NCBI GenBank assembly: GCA_030295235.1
Contig: AP026154.1
Location: forward strand, 1 to 64,000
DNA length: 64,000 bases
Origin: Fistulifera solaris
Lineage: Eukaryota
Direction: 5' to 3'
Under the pieces are notes generated by a model. It was not told the origin of the DNA and did no database searches. It was given only the letters and a program-made list of their open reading frames with translations. Below are positions 50,012 to 62,940 of this stretch, in pieces. The first letter of the stretch is position 1. Each line of letters begins with the position of its first letter. The position numbers were made by a program, and so were the translations under genes.

Positions 50012-50599
50012 TTCTAAAGAGAGGAAGTTCTATAGTTTGAATCGTAAGAAATGGAATGCTCGAAAGAGAGAGTTTTGTTGCTGCTTGCTGACCCCGATAG
50101 TGTTCTGTTTGCATTTTGTGGGCCTCATCCTCATCCCTCATCGCACTCCGCATTCCTCAACATTCCATTGTCACTTGTCCGTCGCGCGTTGCTTATCAAA
50201 GTTCATCGTCCTTCAGCCACCCGCCACCCGCCACTTGGCCGCCTTCAAGTTGGCGATCGAATCCAATACCGGATAATTCGTCCGTCCACTTTAACATTGA
50301 TACAGAAATTCCAAAGAAATGGAGAAGATCGACGACTGGGATAAATCTTTGTGGGATCGTTTATAAATTTAGCTATTGACTTAGGAAGTCGGAAAAGCTG
50401 TTGAAGAACAAGTGTGTCGTAGACTGTGTACCGCATCGGCGGCAAAAGACACGATACGAAAAACGCCTTGGCGACGACAGCCACGAGGAAAACTGCGATG
50501 ATGAAATGTCATTCTTTCGTTACAACGAAAGAGAGAAGAGATCGACCTCGTAAGGTCTTCTCTTGCCGCCTTTGTACTTCAAGTTGATTCAACGTTACC

Positions 50600-51496
50600 A
50601 TGTGCTTTAATCAACCCATTTCTGGCTTCTTTGCCGCTTCTTCTTACGCCATTGCTTATTGGGGATACAAGAAACATGGCATTCGAACTGCCATTGCTAT
50701 TATTTACTTCGGATTGATGGAAACGCTTCAATTCTTTCAGTACTTTATTGTTGCTCGACCTGAAGACGGCTACGCGATGTGCAATGATCCTAATAACCAG
50801 TTTCTTACGGTCATTGGCTTGTTGCACATTTGCTTTCAGCCCTACTTTACCAGTCTCTCGTCGGCTCGTTTTCGAACCTACGACATCAAGTCACGTTATG
50901 AAAAGGATCTTGTATCCAAATTGACGCTTTTCGGAGGTTTCTGGCTCTTCTCGCGCTACCTTTTCACCGTCCTCTATCCTGATAATCCGGATATGCGTCC
51001 ACGCTCGACCGAGGCTTGTCCAAATTACGAGTGGATCGTCGATGGATACGATCCGTGGTTGCAGCGAGACACCCCGAATCTTCCGGGTCACTCGTGCACC
51101 TTCATTCCGGATAGTGCGACAAAACACTTGGCTTGGGCATCTCCTATGTATCAAGCCACCTACTTTGTCCCTGGTGCTTCACTGCACACGTTTCTCATGT
51201 TCGTCCCTGGATTGTTCTGTGCCAAGTGGTGGGGTATGCTTCTTTTATTTACTACCGGTCCTTTCTTGGCGATGGTCCTTACCGCGAGTCTTCATGAACA
51301 AGCCGCTGTGTGGTGCTACTTTAGTATCATGCAGTGCTTCTTGCTCGTCTTGGTTGCTCCTGCGATGGAAGCCAATATCCCCAAGAAATTGGTGTACCAA
51401 GGAACACTTGGTGAGCCTACGTTGGAATATCAGCTTGTGGAATCGCACAGCAACGGTCATGCGAACGGGCATGCAAACGGAAAGAAGAAGAACTAG
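50600..51496 (+). CDS. Multi-pass membrane protein (DUF5765-like), paralog A
   Basis: MCFNQPIS N-terminus, YFGLMETLQFFQY, LLHICFQP, AVWCYFS and about six hydrophobic segments. Confidence 0.8.
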   Translation: MCFNQPISGFFAASSYAIAYWGYKKHGIRTAIAIIYFGLMETLQFFQYFIVARPEDGYAMCNDPNNQFLTVIGLLHICFQPYFTSLSSARFRTYDIKSRYEKDLVSKLTLFGGFWLFSRYLFTVLYPDNPDMRPRSTEACPNYEWIVDGYDPWLQRDTPNLPGHSCTFIPDSATKHLAWASPMYQATYFVPGASLHTFLMFVPGLFCAKWWGMLLLFTTGPFLAMVLTASLHEQAAVWCYFSIMQCFLLVLVAPAMEANIPKKLVYQGTLGEPTLEYQLVESHSNGHANGHANGKKKN

Positions 51497-52347
51497 AAAA
51501 CTTTGTTGATGATCGGTCCTTCGATTACGATTCAATAGAATGCGGATACATATTTTTTTTAAAGGATTAGCCTCCACTTATTTATTAGCTCATAGTGGAT
51601 CAAGTGATTTTTATTTGGTTGGGCTTCGAGGCGCATGACCGGGGCCAAAAACGAAGACCCTTCGACGTTTCATTGTGAATTCTAACCGTTGAAAGCTGAC
51701 GTCAGGTCCATTAAGAGATGAATAAATTTAACAACTTTCGTTAGCTACAATGTATTGCAAGGCAATCTTCTGTTCCGTATAACATTATCTCGTCTGTTTC
51801 AGCAACAAACCCATTCAGTTCAAAATAATTAAGAGATACGAGATAATTTGATGCTCTTAGATGTCCCATCCCTCATCCTTACTTCTTTGCTTGTCTAGAC
51901 TAATGGGCACACCAACTAGAAGGTAGAAGGAACGAGCCTTGTACTCGTAGGTCCCTAGGTTTGCTTGTCAGTATCATGACGTACAAATTCAGCATACAGT
52001 CGTGATGTACTGCAATATTCCAAACTAAGTCAGAAATTCACGCGCCAGCCGCTAGGGTAGAAATCGAACGATGTAGTATAAGTTTTATTGTGAGGCAGAA
52101 GTTGGGACGAATGAAGGACGAATCTAAATCATGTACACTAACTATCAGATCTCGCCGTAACGTGTTCCGAACATTCGGAGTCGAGCTGCAAAGATGCACT
52201 TTTGCACGCCGACCGGTTTATGTTGCCTCACTGCCAACAACTCGAAGACACAAAACAGCGATCGTCATTCCTTTATGAAGTGTTTGGTAATCAACACTTG
52301 TCAGATCTACTTCGATTCAAACAGGCTGTGTATCTTTCTTGACGAAA

Positions 52348-53257
52348 ATGTGCTTTAATCAACCCATTTCTGGCTTCTTTGCCGCTGCTTCTCACGCCAT
52401 TGCTTATTTGGCCTACCGCAAGCTCGGCATTCGAACGGCGATCGCCATAGCCTACTTTGGGCTGATGGAAACGCTTCAATTCTTTCAGTACTTCGTCGTT
52501 GCTCGTCCTGAAGACGATTACGCAAAGTGCAGTGACCCAAATAATCAGTTCCTTACCGTCGTCGGCTTGTTGCACATATGCTTTCAGCCGTACTTCACCA
52601 GTCTTGCCTCTTCGGAATTCCGCAAGTACGACATTAAAGTCCGTTATCAGAAGGACCTCGTGACGAAAATAACACTCTTCGGGGGGTTTTGGCTCTTCTC
52701 GCGCTACCTTTTCACCGTCCTCTATCCTGATAATCCGGATATGCGTCCACGCTCGACCGAGGCCTGTCCTAACTACGAGTGGATCGTCGATGGTTACGAT
52801 CCTTGGTTACAACGAGACACCCCGAATATTCCGGGTCACTCGTGCACCTTCATTCCGGATAGTGCGACAAAACACTTGGCTTGGTCGTCTCCTATGTATC
52901 AAGCAACCTACTTTGTCCCTGGTGCTTCACTGCACACGTTTCTCATGTTCGTCCCTGGATTGTTTTTGTGGCGAGTGGTTGGGCATGCTTGTCTTGTTTC
53001 TGACCGGTCCTTTACTGGCCATGTTCTTAACAGCAAGTTTACATGAACAAGCTGCTGTATGGTGCTACTTTAGTATCATGCAGTGCTTCTTGCTTGTTCT
53101 ATTGCCGCCCGTTGTAGACTGCACCATCCCGAAAAAGTTGATCTATCCTGGAACTCTTGGCGAACCTACGCTTGAATACGAGCTTGTGGAATCCCACAGC
53201 AACGGTCATGCAAACGGGCATGCAAACGGCCATTCCAACGGCAAGAAGGAAAACTAG
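52348..53257 (+). CDS. Multi-pass membrane protein (DUF5765-like), paralog B; 1-nt frame break in T5 at 52963-52967
   Basis: Collinear with 50600..51496 at an offset of 1748. Removing one T restores GLFCGEWLGML... through to TAG at 53255-53257. Confidence 0.8.
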
Positions 53258-54254
53258 CGAGGTAGAGTTGTTGTCCCCACAGGTAATTGTAATGATTCAG
53301 TATTGCAACTAAATATCAGATGGTCAATTAGCAATCTTACAATAGTTATTGATTTTGAATACACCCGACAGGAACTCGCGCTGCTCCGAAGACGTGATCA
53401 TTAGATAACGAAGAGAGTGAGGAGAGCTGAATTCAAACAAGGAGTTTTTGATAGCGCGAGAGGGCTACGTCGCAAACAAAGACTGCGTGCCAACAGTATC
53501 AGCGGTTCGAATTGTCCTGCTGCAACAGACACAGAAAAGTAAAGGAGTTTTATATGCGGAAAAGATAGCAAAGTTGTCCAGTATGCACACCAAACTGGAT
53601 CGAATTATCACCATCGAAAACGCCTTCAAAGATGCAATCGAAACAAACGAATCCCGGCACAATGCACTGCCTCAGATTTCAGCTTTTCAAGTGATATCAG
53701 CACATGATCAACGGCAGTCTTGTCGGGTCAGAGTGGCTCAACAGCCACTTTTCCATAAGATTCAAAGGAAGGACTTTAGATTGACAAGTAGTTGGCAAAT
53801 ACACAGAACTCCATCACTTCGAAAAGCATTTACTAAGACATTAAGTGAGTCAGAGAATCTAAAATAACGGTGCACAAGATCGTTTCCTTACCAATGTGCA
53901 ACTTGTAGAACGCACTTATCGATAGCGACGAAGCGACAGAACTCACAGAGGCCTCTTGTTCCAGATTTGATTGCTGCTGAGACGAGCTATTTAATAGCTT
54001 TCCAGCAGGTCTTAACATAATGATGCTACCAAAAAGTTCAGTTGAAAAAGACAGTTTTGAGTGATTGGTCTTTAAAGTATGTATAACGAATGAGCGACGT
54101 TACGATCTTACAGCAGTTTTTGAGTCTAAGACCGAACGCGCGTGCAGAGTGGTTTTATCAAAAAGCCGCTCGAACTGTCCATTGAAGAGAAAAACTCTTG
54201 CTTGAGTTTCGTCGTCGGTTTCGATTCTGCTTAGATCTGCTTTGTAGCGCAAGT

Positions 54255-55155
54255 TTAACGAAGGTCTTCTGAGCAAGCGAGGCAGTCGGTGCTCCCCACC
54301 CTTTGTGATGGGGAAGACTTTCTGGCCTTCTGCGAAATCATTTGTATTCGCTCACCAACAAACGGTGTACGAGATGGAATACTGATTAATTTTCCTGAAG
54401 ATGGAGATGCCTGCTTCTCAAAATCAGCAAAGCTGATCTTTTCAGGAGTAGCGACTATTGGTGTGCTTGTTTCTCGGGAAGACATTACTTTCTTACTTTG
54501 AGAAGACTTCTTCGGCGATGGGTTGAATATGATGTGGTCATGATTGAGACGGTCGTTTACAACTTTAATTGCCTTCTTCTCTGGAGATTGCGTCCAGATA
54601 GTCTCTACGGATAATTCTCGTTTCGCATCGTGACTGCTAGAATGATATCTTCGAAAGATTCGTGGCGGTGAGAAGGTATCGCGGAAAGATTTCGCTCTTT
54701 TCAAAATAAGAGATGGTCGCTTGCGGAGCACTTCGGCTGGTTTGGATGGTCGATCTTTGTCTTGATGTATGGCAGCAGCGATACGAGCGTCTCGTTTCGC
54801 CATTGTCTGAGCCATCTGCACGGCTTCTTTGGTGCATTTGGCATAAATCTTTGCAATCGTTTCAACATTGTTGTAACCAAGAGAGGTTTGTATTTTCTGC
54901 TCGTGAAATACTTCCTTTACACCTGCTAGACGTCTTTTTCCAAACGTGAAACGAGCCTCTAATCCACGAAAGCTTTCGTGGTCGTTTTCGAAGAATATTC
55001 CTTGACAAACTTGTAGCATGATTTCTTTTTTCGTGCATTCGAATATCTCGGTAATCTTTCTTGCTTAGCCACAAGGCGACTACTTTCGCTCTTCTCTCGG
55101 GTGCATCGTAATGAATCGGCACGGCATCGAATTGAACCGATTTCTTTCCTTTCAT
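54255..55155 (-). CDS. Hypothetical protein (diatom-type 'V.F...W.S...RGLE' family); 1-nt frame break at 55026-55031
   Basis: MKGKKSVQFD...LWLSKKDYRDIR joins ...ESFRGLEARF if one A is removed from the A6 run. Confidence 0.65.
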
Positions 55156-55509
55156 TGTCAATATGCTGTTGGTTGTATTTGATGAATGTTAGTTTTCATT
55201 CAAGCAAGTATTCTTTTGGCGTTGTTGAGACGTTAATGATTAATGGTGATCGGAATCGCGGGGGTGAAATGTTTGTTGTCTTTACGTTGCGTGAGGGGCG
55301 GCACGTTGCCTCAAGAGATAGTGGTACAAAGTATTTACCACTTCTACCAGGTATTGCCGATTGCAGCCAACGTCACACGTCACTCCTACATCGTACTTAG
55401 TAAGAACTACTACTCGGCCCAATGGAATAGTGAAAATAATTGGGCCAATAGCCGCCTTTACTACGTAATTCGACTTGGGCTAAACAAGTGAATTCCCGAT
55501 CAGCGATCA

Positions 55510-55590
55510 GGGAAGGACGTTAAAATTCTGCCTCCCAGTACAAGATTCTACGTTGCGCCTACGACGAGGCAGAATTTTAACGCCGTTCCC
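55510..55590. mobile_element. Miniature (81-bp) inverted-repeat element with target-site duplication
   Basis: Arms GGGAAGGACGTTAAAATTCTGCCTC (55510-55534) and GAGGCAGAATTTTAACGCCGTTCCC (55566-55590), flanked by AGCGATCA at 55502-55509 and 55591-55598. Confidence 0.75.
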
Positions 55591-55742
55591 AGCGATCAGT
55601 TTTCTTCGTCTATAAAAAAATTTATTCTATCATGTGTGTCTAGAACCTGGAAGGACATTCACATCACTTACTTGGCGCTTCATTTAGTACTTGCTATCTT
55701 GTTGCTGGGTCTTGGTTACGGTATGTAGCAGTGTAGCGTGTA

Positions 55743-56377
55743 TAGTGAATGGACTCGACTCGGTTCGGTTGGACCAACCGAGTACGAGTCGAGTATACCT
55801 GCCAACCGAGTAGAGTCGAGTATGTACTCGATTGAATGACGTCATAGTTGCTACTGTATACATGACAGTGAATGGGATCTTCGCACTTCGCCAGTTTTGG
55901 CGAAGAACCAAGAATTAAGAATGGCTGATGGCCGATGGCCAAAGGCCGATCGTACCAGAGTAAGAACAAAAGCAGCAATTGGTTACAAATTCTCTTTTTA
56001 TCTGTTTATCTGTTCATTATTCATGTCTGAAGATAGCCCTGATATAGAAGTTATCCTTGGGGACAGGGGCGAAGATGGGAAGTCGACCACCGCGCCACAA
56101 AAGCGCCCAGCCTCTTCTCCTCCTGAAGCTGAACCAAACGCCATACACAGAATGAAGTGATTAATCTAATTTAATTGTTAAGCTATAGTTTATAGAGCGT
56201 ACTTCATTGATTTATGTATTTCGTCGTTCCGTGATGCACATAGCACATAGCACGTTAGTACAATGGGCTACTATAGTACTCGGTTCAACCGAGTAGTAAA
56301 GTATTGGAACCGAACCGGGCTGAACCCGACTCGACTCGGTTGTACTCGGTTCAAAGTCGAACCGAGTCCCATCACTA
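55743..56377. mobile_element. Non-autonomous hAT-like DNA transposon (635 bp)
   Basis: TIRs TAGTGAATGGACTCG and CGAGTCCCATCACTA, a perfect 8-bp TSD AGCGTGTA at 55735-55742 and 56378-56385, and dense subterminal ACTCGG/CCGAGT motifs at both ends. Confidence 0.88.
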
Positions 56378-56597
56378 AGCGTGTAGCAGGTACAAGTCCT
56401 CATGATTATAATATAACCTCATCTCTATCACTACAAGTACAAACGTCGGTAGCTTCAGTAATACGGAGTATTGGTAAACCTTACCAGGTACAAGTACGCG
56501 AGTTTGGGAGGCGACATCGAGGACGCAAAAGGGTGATACTTGTAGTTGGTTCTAACAAATCCATTCCGGATGATGCAATCTCTTTTCACACCTGAAC

Positions 56598-57347
56598 ATG
56601 GCAAAGATACTGAAATGCATCATTTGGGATGTCGATGATACGCTCTACGACGTTTCTACGGGCTTTACTTCCTATCGAAACGGCCCTGTTGTCTGGCAAT
56701 TCATGGTCGATCATTTGCATTTCCCTTCTTTAGAAGCAGCCAAAGAAGTTCGTGATCTCTATTTTGAGAAGTATCATTCCACTGCAAAAGCACTTACGAT
56801 TGCGCAACAAGAAGGAACATTTCCTTCTCATTCTCCCAAATTTCAAACGGCTGATTTGTCGCAATACTGGGCCGAATATCTCGATTTCACTTTGTTGACA
56901 CCGAAAACAGATAGCTTTTTACAAGATTTGCAGTCGCTGCCGCTTTTACACGTTGCTTTCTCCAATGGTCCTCGAATATACGTTCAGCGCGTCTTGCAAA
57001 GATTAGGAATGTGGGGCACCATCTTTACCGACGATACTCTATTTGCGGTAGATGATGTACTGCCGTACTGCAAACCCGAAAAGGAGGCGTTTGAAACGAT
57101 CTTTCAGCGAATAAAAGTCAGCCCAGAGGAGTGTATCATGGTCGAAGACAGCATGAAAAACATTAGATGTGCAAAGCAGTTGGGAATGAAGACCATTTTC
57201 GTTGTGGGGAAAGGACAGGATGATAAAATACTCAATCCTTCGGAAAAAGACCCTGCCGTGGACGCTGTCGTCGAGACCGTCGAGCAACTCAAAGATAAAC
57301 TGGGTGCTTTATGGAGTGATGATCCTTTGAAAGCGTTCGTTGTGTGA
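56598..57347 (+). CDS. HAD-superfamily hydrolase (pyrimidine 5'-nucleotidase/SDT1-like)
   Basis: Motif I WDVDDTLY, motif II FSNG, motif III KPEKEAF and motif IV MVEDSMKNI. Confidence 0.9.
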   Translation: MAKILKCIIWDVDDTLYDVSTGFTSYRNGPVVWQFMVDHLHFPSLEAAKEVRDLYFEKYHSTAKALTIAQQEGTFPSHSPKFQTADLSQYWAEYLDFTLLTPKTDSFLQDLQSLPLLHVAFSNGPRIYVQRVLQRLGMWGTIFTDDTLFAVDDVLPYCKPEKEAFETIFQRIKVSPEECIMVEDSMKNIRCAKQLGMKTIFVVGKGQDDKILNPSEKDPAVDAVVETVEQLKDKLGALWSDDPLKAFVV

Positions 57348-60300
57348 TCAACTAATTCTTGGAGGTATGTGTCTATTCTACGCTGCATCTAGCTAGCACG
57401 TCATAACGAAACAGTTGGATGTGTCGACCTTGACGCTGTTAAGGCAGACGTCTTTTGATACTGGGGACTTCCTGCGGCTGGTCCGCACATGAGTTTCGAT
57501 TTTTCATTTGACGAGCTCCAACCAATTTAATATTAATAATCGACTTTAGGATGTCGAGTGACTGAAACAGTCAAAAAAATGAGAGATCATGAAAAGAAAG
57601 AGTTATATCACGGCAAGCAAACGTTAGATCAGATGCATCGCAAGTATGAACATGCCCCTCTAGGTATATAGTCGCTATCACGCCTTTTTGAGGACGGCAA
57701 AGATAAGAGGCTCTCATTCACTCGAAAACGCAAAATTGGCTTTGTTCACGTTCGATGAAAGAGCTGTGGTGCTTCACAAGGAGGGCACCGGTACCGTACC
57801 GAAAGTGGCGCGGTGGTGTTATCCGAAACCTTGTTTGCGAACTCGTCGCTTCTGGTTATATACCATTGAGTCTTGTCTGGACAACTATATGGATTGTAAT
57901 GCTGTTGATGACAGCAGCGATATTGATGAGGTGTTACGAGGAAGACAGACAGCCGCGTTGCATCGTAACCGAGATGACAGCGGGCGCAACCGGGGGTATA
58001 ATTACTAGAATACGAAGAAGAAATTTTGATTAGGGGCATTCTCCGAAAGATGCAACTACCCTCGCACACGGCAACCTTTGTGAGGACGGTAAAGAGAAGA
58101 GGCTCACGTGGTGCGTATTGAAGTGTCCGGCAAGTCGATTGCAAGAGCGGTCATTGGCTTTCCGGCAGCTACATCACATCTGTCGACTGATGTTGATACG
58201 TAGAAGAGTTGTGGTCTTCCCTACAATTAATTGAAACTCCAAGAATACTAAAGGGTAAATCTTCTGTATTTGCATGGAGTGTAGTTCGCAAAGACGCTGT
58301 TAACGTGACTTTCAGTTTTCCGCTTTCTTCAATTCTCGAACCGGCTTTTTGGACAATCTATGTATGCGCGCCGCTGCAAAAATGACGCATCCATATCAAG
58401 TAGACTATCAGATGGACACGAAGGGACGACATTCACCCTTGCGTCGAGTTCCGCGAGCGAACATCTCGAATGGAATCCATATTTACTGGAAAACTAAAAG
58501 ACCTCTAGACTATGAGCTTTTTTTCTTCTTTTGTGTTATTGCTTCTTGCTAGTATATATATTATTTTTTTACTTTTTACTTTTGCGTCAGACTGATCTTA
58601 TAAGCCAACTTTGGCGGGCGCAGTCTCAGTCTTTTGACTGAAACTGTGTGGAAGAGAGCTTACACTTTTGTGATCCATTTTCCACCTTTTTTAGGCGCCG
58701 CCCTTTGTCGGACGGGGGACGCGTATGCTTCAATGCAATCAAACAACCCAATTGGGGTCGGGTAGAGCGAGCCTTCTCGATGCTGGGACTTGGCCCTAAC
58801 ACGGGGCCGCCACCTCAAGGTATGCCTTCTCAGTCGACTTTAGTCGCCGGGGTCATCCTTCGGGTGGAATATCTACCATGCTGCCTTAATATGGAGCTAA
58901 CCTCTTCCAGCTGGTTTTCAGCCGGCCCTCCTTTAGCGGGGGGTCGGCCGCCAATCTGGGGGACGCCACCGGGATAGGTATGGTCATCGCAATCGGTCGT
59001 ACCGGTCCTCGTTTGAGGCCGTCGCCGTTGGTGCCATCCTCCTCTGTCGTGGAATTTCCATGGCAACTTTACGGAATGATTGCATACCAGGTCGTCACCG
59101 TGGATTTTTGCTTGCTTGGAGGTTTTTCCTCCAGCACGACACCATCTCTGGGTGTCGAGTAAGCTTCTCTCCTCTTACTTCCGCACCCTGCCACGCATAC
59201 GCTGGTACCAGCACTGAAGTTACCCTCAGGCCGCACTTTGACCATGGTCTTTGCCATGGCCCTTTGAAAAGAGAATCAAGGCGAGGAGCGGTGAAGGCCC
59301 CGAGGCACAGCACATCACTCATTCCTTGAAACAGAGAGGTTGAGGCGAGGAGCGGTGAAGGCCTCAGGGCTCAGCACATCACTCGGCCTCTCTCCAGAGC
59401 AAGAGAAGGACGGAGGCTTCAAGGCACACGCGATTTCTCTTGCTCCCATTGTGGCAGGAAGCTACTCCGCAGGGCCCGTGCACTACCCGTCGGTAAGGTG
59501 TGGTTTCCCTGCGGACGAAGATCATCATCATTGTAGTATCTGACTGCAAGTAAAGTAAAGTAAAGTAGAAACAAGGTGAGCGAGTGACAAATCACACCTC
59601 GTGTGTGATTTGACACAAGGTGCGATTTGTGAGAAGAAAAGAGGGAGCAAATGATAAATGGTTGATTGTCGAGTGAGTCGTGCGGAGAGCGGTTTTCGCA
59701 GCCGTTTCCGTTTTCGAGACCAGTTTTCGATCGCCAATTTGCATCTCCGACGAAACCGGGATTGATGACTAGCAAAGTAGACCCGAAATACAAATCACAC
59801 GAGTTAATAATCATCATCAAGATCAATTTTTAGGAGAAGCGAGATGAGCGAAGACGACGATACCAGTTTAACGACGAGATCATCATCGTCATCATTATTT
59901 ATCAGCGCATCGCATCGTGTCATACTGCATACTTTAAACGCATAGTAAAATACATCGCGAGGCTAACAGGCCTTGCTACTTTGTATACCATACACCATTT
60001 CGGTATCGGCACATGTACTTTCTTACTATAGCGAAAACTGTGGTCTGCTCTGCCCACATCGATTCCTACGAAGCTACGTAAAACACACACGTAGACTTTC
60101 GAAGCGTTGCGTCTCTCCTCATTTTTTAGCTTTTTACCGTATCTTAGTCCAAGTGATGTCAATTATTGTTAATAGGTAAATGATATAAAGCGGCTACGTT
60201 GACGAAAGCGGTGATCACTTATGTTGAAAAGCGACTCAAAGATTGTTGATAAAGATTTCCTACGACGGCTATTTACGCCTATACGCCCAATTTACGTATT

Positions 60301-62484
60301 AGACTTTCAAAGCATTGAATCATCTTTCATACAGTTTGCCTTAGCGGCTGAAATCGAAATTTCAGCAATTGATGATGGATCGCCATCATTAATTTCTCAG
60401 TAGATAAACTCAGACGCTCAACATGACCTAATGCAGCATTCGACGAAAGAACGATGTCAAAAGACCCGGCCGCCTCCCCTCATACAGTTCCCAGTAAAAT
60501 ATTAGATCAAGTTCTTTCGCCTTTATATCCACGGGCTCGAAATACGGCGGCCGAGTCTCTTTGTAACATTTATTTTTTTAGTGCAGAAAATCCACCTTTT
60601 GTCGTCAACAGGAGGCAAGTAACTGGTTTATCGATCGTCAGTTCTTGGAAAACATCCAGGCCGTGATGCGAGGACGACGGTTTGCGCGGCACTCCAAACT
60701 CCTGCATCCAGCCTCAGTTGCAGGATTTTGCATTAGCGTTGAAAAACACGGTTCAGCTGCCCGAGTTGGGATTCTAGAGAGGCTTCGCTACGCTGGGGAT
60801 TTTCTAGAGACCACAAAAGGTTGTTGTCTCAGCTGTAGCGAACTCTGATTTGCCGTACCTGGTAGATGGCGCACTGTAGAGGGTCGTTTCTACCGATCTG
60901 ATACAAAGTAAAGCGTAAAGCGAATGCGGCGTGCTTGAATTTCGTTCGAACCAATTATCCCAGGTACCGTTTTTCAACGAATATCAGTCCGATTTGAAGG
61001 CTCTTTTTCGCAATCGATACGTCGGTAGAATCGGGAAACGGGGATCCGTCAATCGAAAGGCCTTTTGCTCGGTTGAGAGTTGATTTTTCCAAAATCAGTT
61101 CCGGAAAAGCGTCATCGCCAAGCACAGGTTCTTCCATACTTTGTATTCCGCTACATACAAAAAGTGAGCGTATCGCTTAGGCAGCTTTCTAAAATAGTAA
61201 GGATTCGTCGAAAGAGATAGTGGTCTCTATTATATTCTTTCAAGATGGGATGTACCAGGTGAGTCTATTGCAGTAAAATAATGTAAACGCGGCATTGCAA
61301 CTGCAACTCGGGACTGCAATATTGTAGATTGATTCGCAGCCGGTCAATCCTACATTTTAGGCAAAAGTCCATACTTCAGCGAGATCATCAGTCATGAACA
61401 CTGTTTATTAGACACACATTGCTTCTAACGTCACCAGCGTTTGTATAAGCCGATAAAAGAGATTACAGTGCTGCTTCTCTAGTATCTTCATTGATTGCAG
61501 CGTCTCCATTCACTGGTAATCCTTCCCGAGGTGACGTCATACACTCTATCACTATCCCTAACGTTACAAATCAGGCTCCCAGATCCAGATGGAGATGCCG
61601 CTCTTAGCTCTTTAGCGTCACCGTAACCTTATCCGAAATCTGGCTAGAGTGCTTGGAAGTGATTATTTGAAATAATAATGACAATGAAACGTGCATTTGC
61701 TTGTTGCATCGTGGCGTTGATCCTAAAATTACGCGCAGGCTATCAGTTACCCTTCGAGGATAGCTAAAATGCACACCTGCTCGCTGAACATGAAGTTATT
61801 CAACGTAAAGAGCGGGGAAGACTTTCTGGGTGAGCTGGAAAGAGTTTCCTTGGGATATCCTCAGTTTGGTATGCCGCTGAAAGAGGTGACCTGCATATGA
61901 CGAAGGACGTTGCGGGGGAACTTGTCCGGATCATGGACACCAACCAAATCTCAATGCGCTTCTTTGAGGAAACCTGCGATCGCAGATGGAATGCCCACGG
62001 CGACAAGACACTTACTACTTGGAGACGCAACAACGCATGGCCCGCTCGTTTTCATTGGTTGGAAAGCCGAACAACGCTGTCCGACATGCAAGGGGGTTTG
62101 GTCTCACTCGAGAGCCGCAAACGACATGTCATTTACTGGTTTTACAAGAGGTTAACCAAGAATTTAGCAATCAATCGCTTTAGGTTGAACGCGTGGTTGA
62201 TAGAGTAGCAAATAAAGATGTTGTGCGAGCTTCTCTAATAAATCAAGCACAAGTTCGATACCCAATCCAATCCAGCGCCAGGCGGATCGATACTGGTGTC
62301 TAAGAAACGGAAGCAACCAACAAATGTAGTGAAGAGACGTACATCCAAAGTAAATGAAACAGTTCCATGCTCTGGCTATTCTGACCGAATACTGAATCGA
62401 AGCAACCGAATTCAACCAATGCGGAAGAGACAAACGGAGCTTGACAGAAAACACTAACACTTTTCAAACATTTGGATCTATGGC

Positions 62485-62940
62485 TTACTTTGCTCGAGAC
62501 ACTGACTCCTTTTCAAATAACATGTGAGGACCGCCATCGTCGGGAACGGGAGGTAAATTCAAACTTTGAATGCTAGCTTCGGTCGACGAGATTTGATTGA
62601 GGTTGTTGCTGGCGTCTTGATCGTCCATTCGTATGTCTTCATCGAATAGCAACTTGGGTTCCTCTTGCGGATCCGGTGCGGGAGTGAACAACCTGCTTAG
62701 AATCGATTGCTTGCTTTGTGGCGTCGCCGATGACCGGAATGAAGCTGGATTCTTCCTTCTGTCGGTTTCTGGTGATATTTCGACCGTATCATTGCCTGCA
62801 ATGTTAGTCGACGGAGTCATGGGAATATGAACGCTCGTAGTGATAGGTCCAGTAACAAGACCATGAAATAGACCTTTGGGTTCTTTCTCGGTTGCTTCGG
62901 AAGAATGTGTCGGTTTCGACATGATCCTTTGATGCTGCAA
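62485..62940 (-). CDS. Hypothetical protein, probably the first exon of a longer gene
   Basis: 151-aa ORF whose stop overlaps a GTAAGC donor-like site at 62488. Downstream exons were not resolved. Confidence 0.45.
   Translation of the reverse strand: MQHQRIMSKPTHSSEATEKEPKGLFHGLVTGPITTSVHIPMTPSTNIAGNDTVEISPETDRRKNPASFRSSATPQSKQSILSRLFTPAPDPQEEPKLLFDEDIRMDDQDASNNLNQISSTEASIQSLNLPPVPDDGGPHMLFEKESVSRAK

Noticed and set aside
57400..62460. Short ORFs in the gene-poor gap as real genes
   Set aside because: They show no recognisable motifs, and I could not build a convincing splice path by eye.
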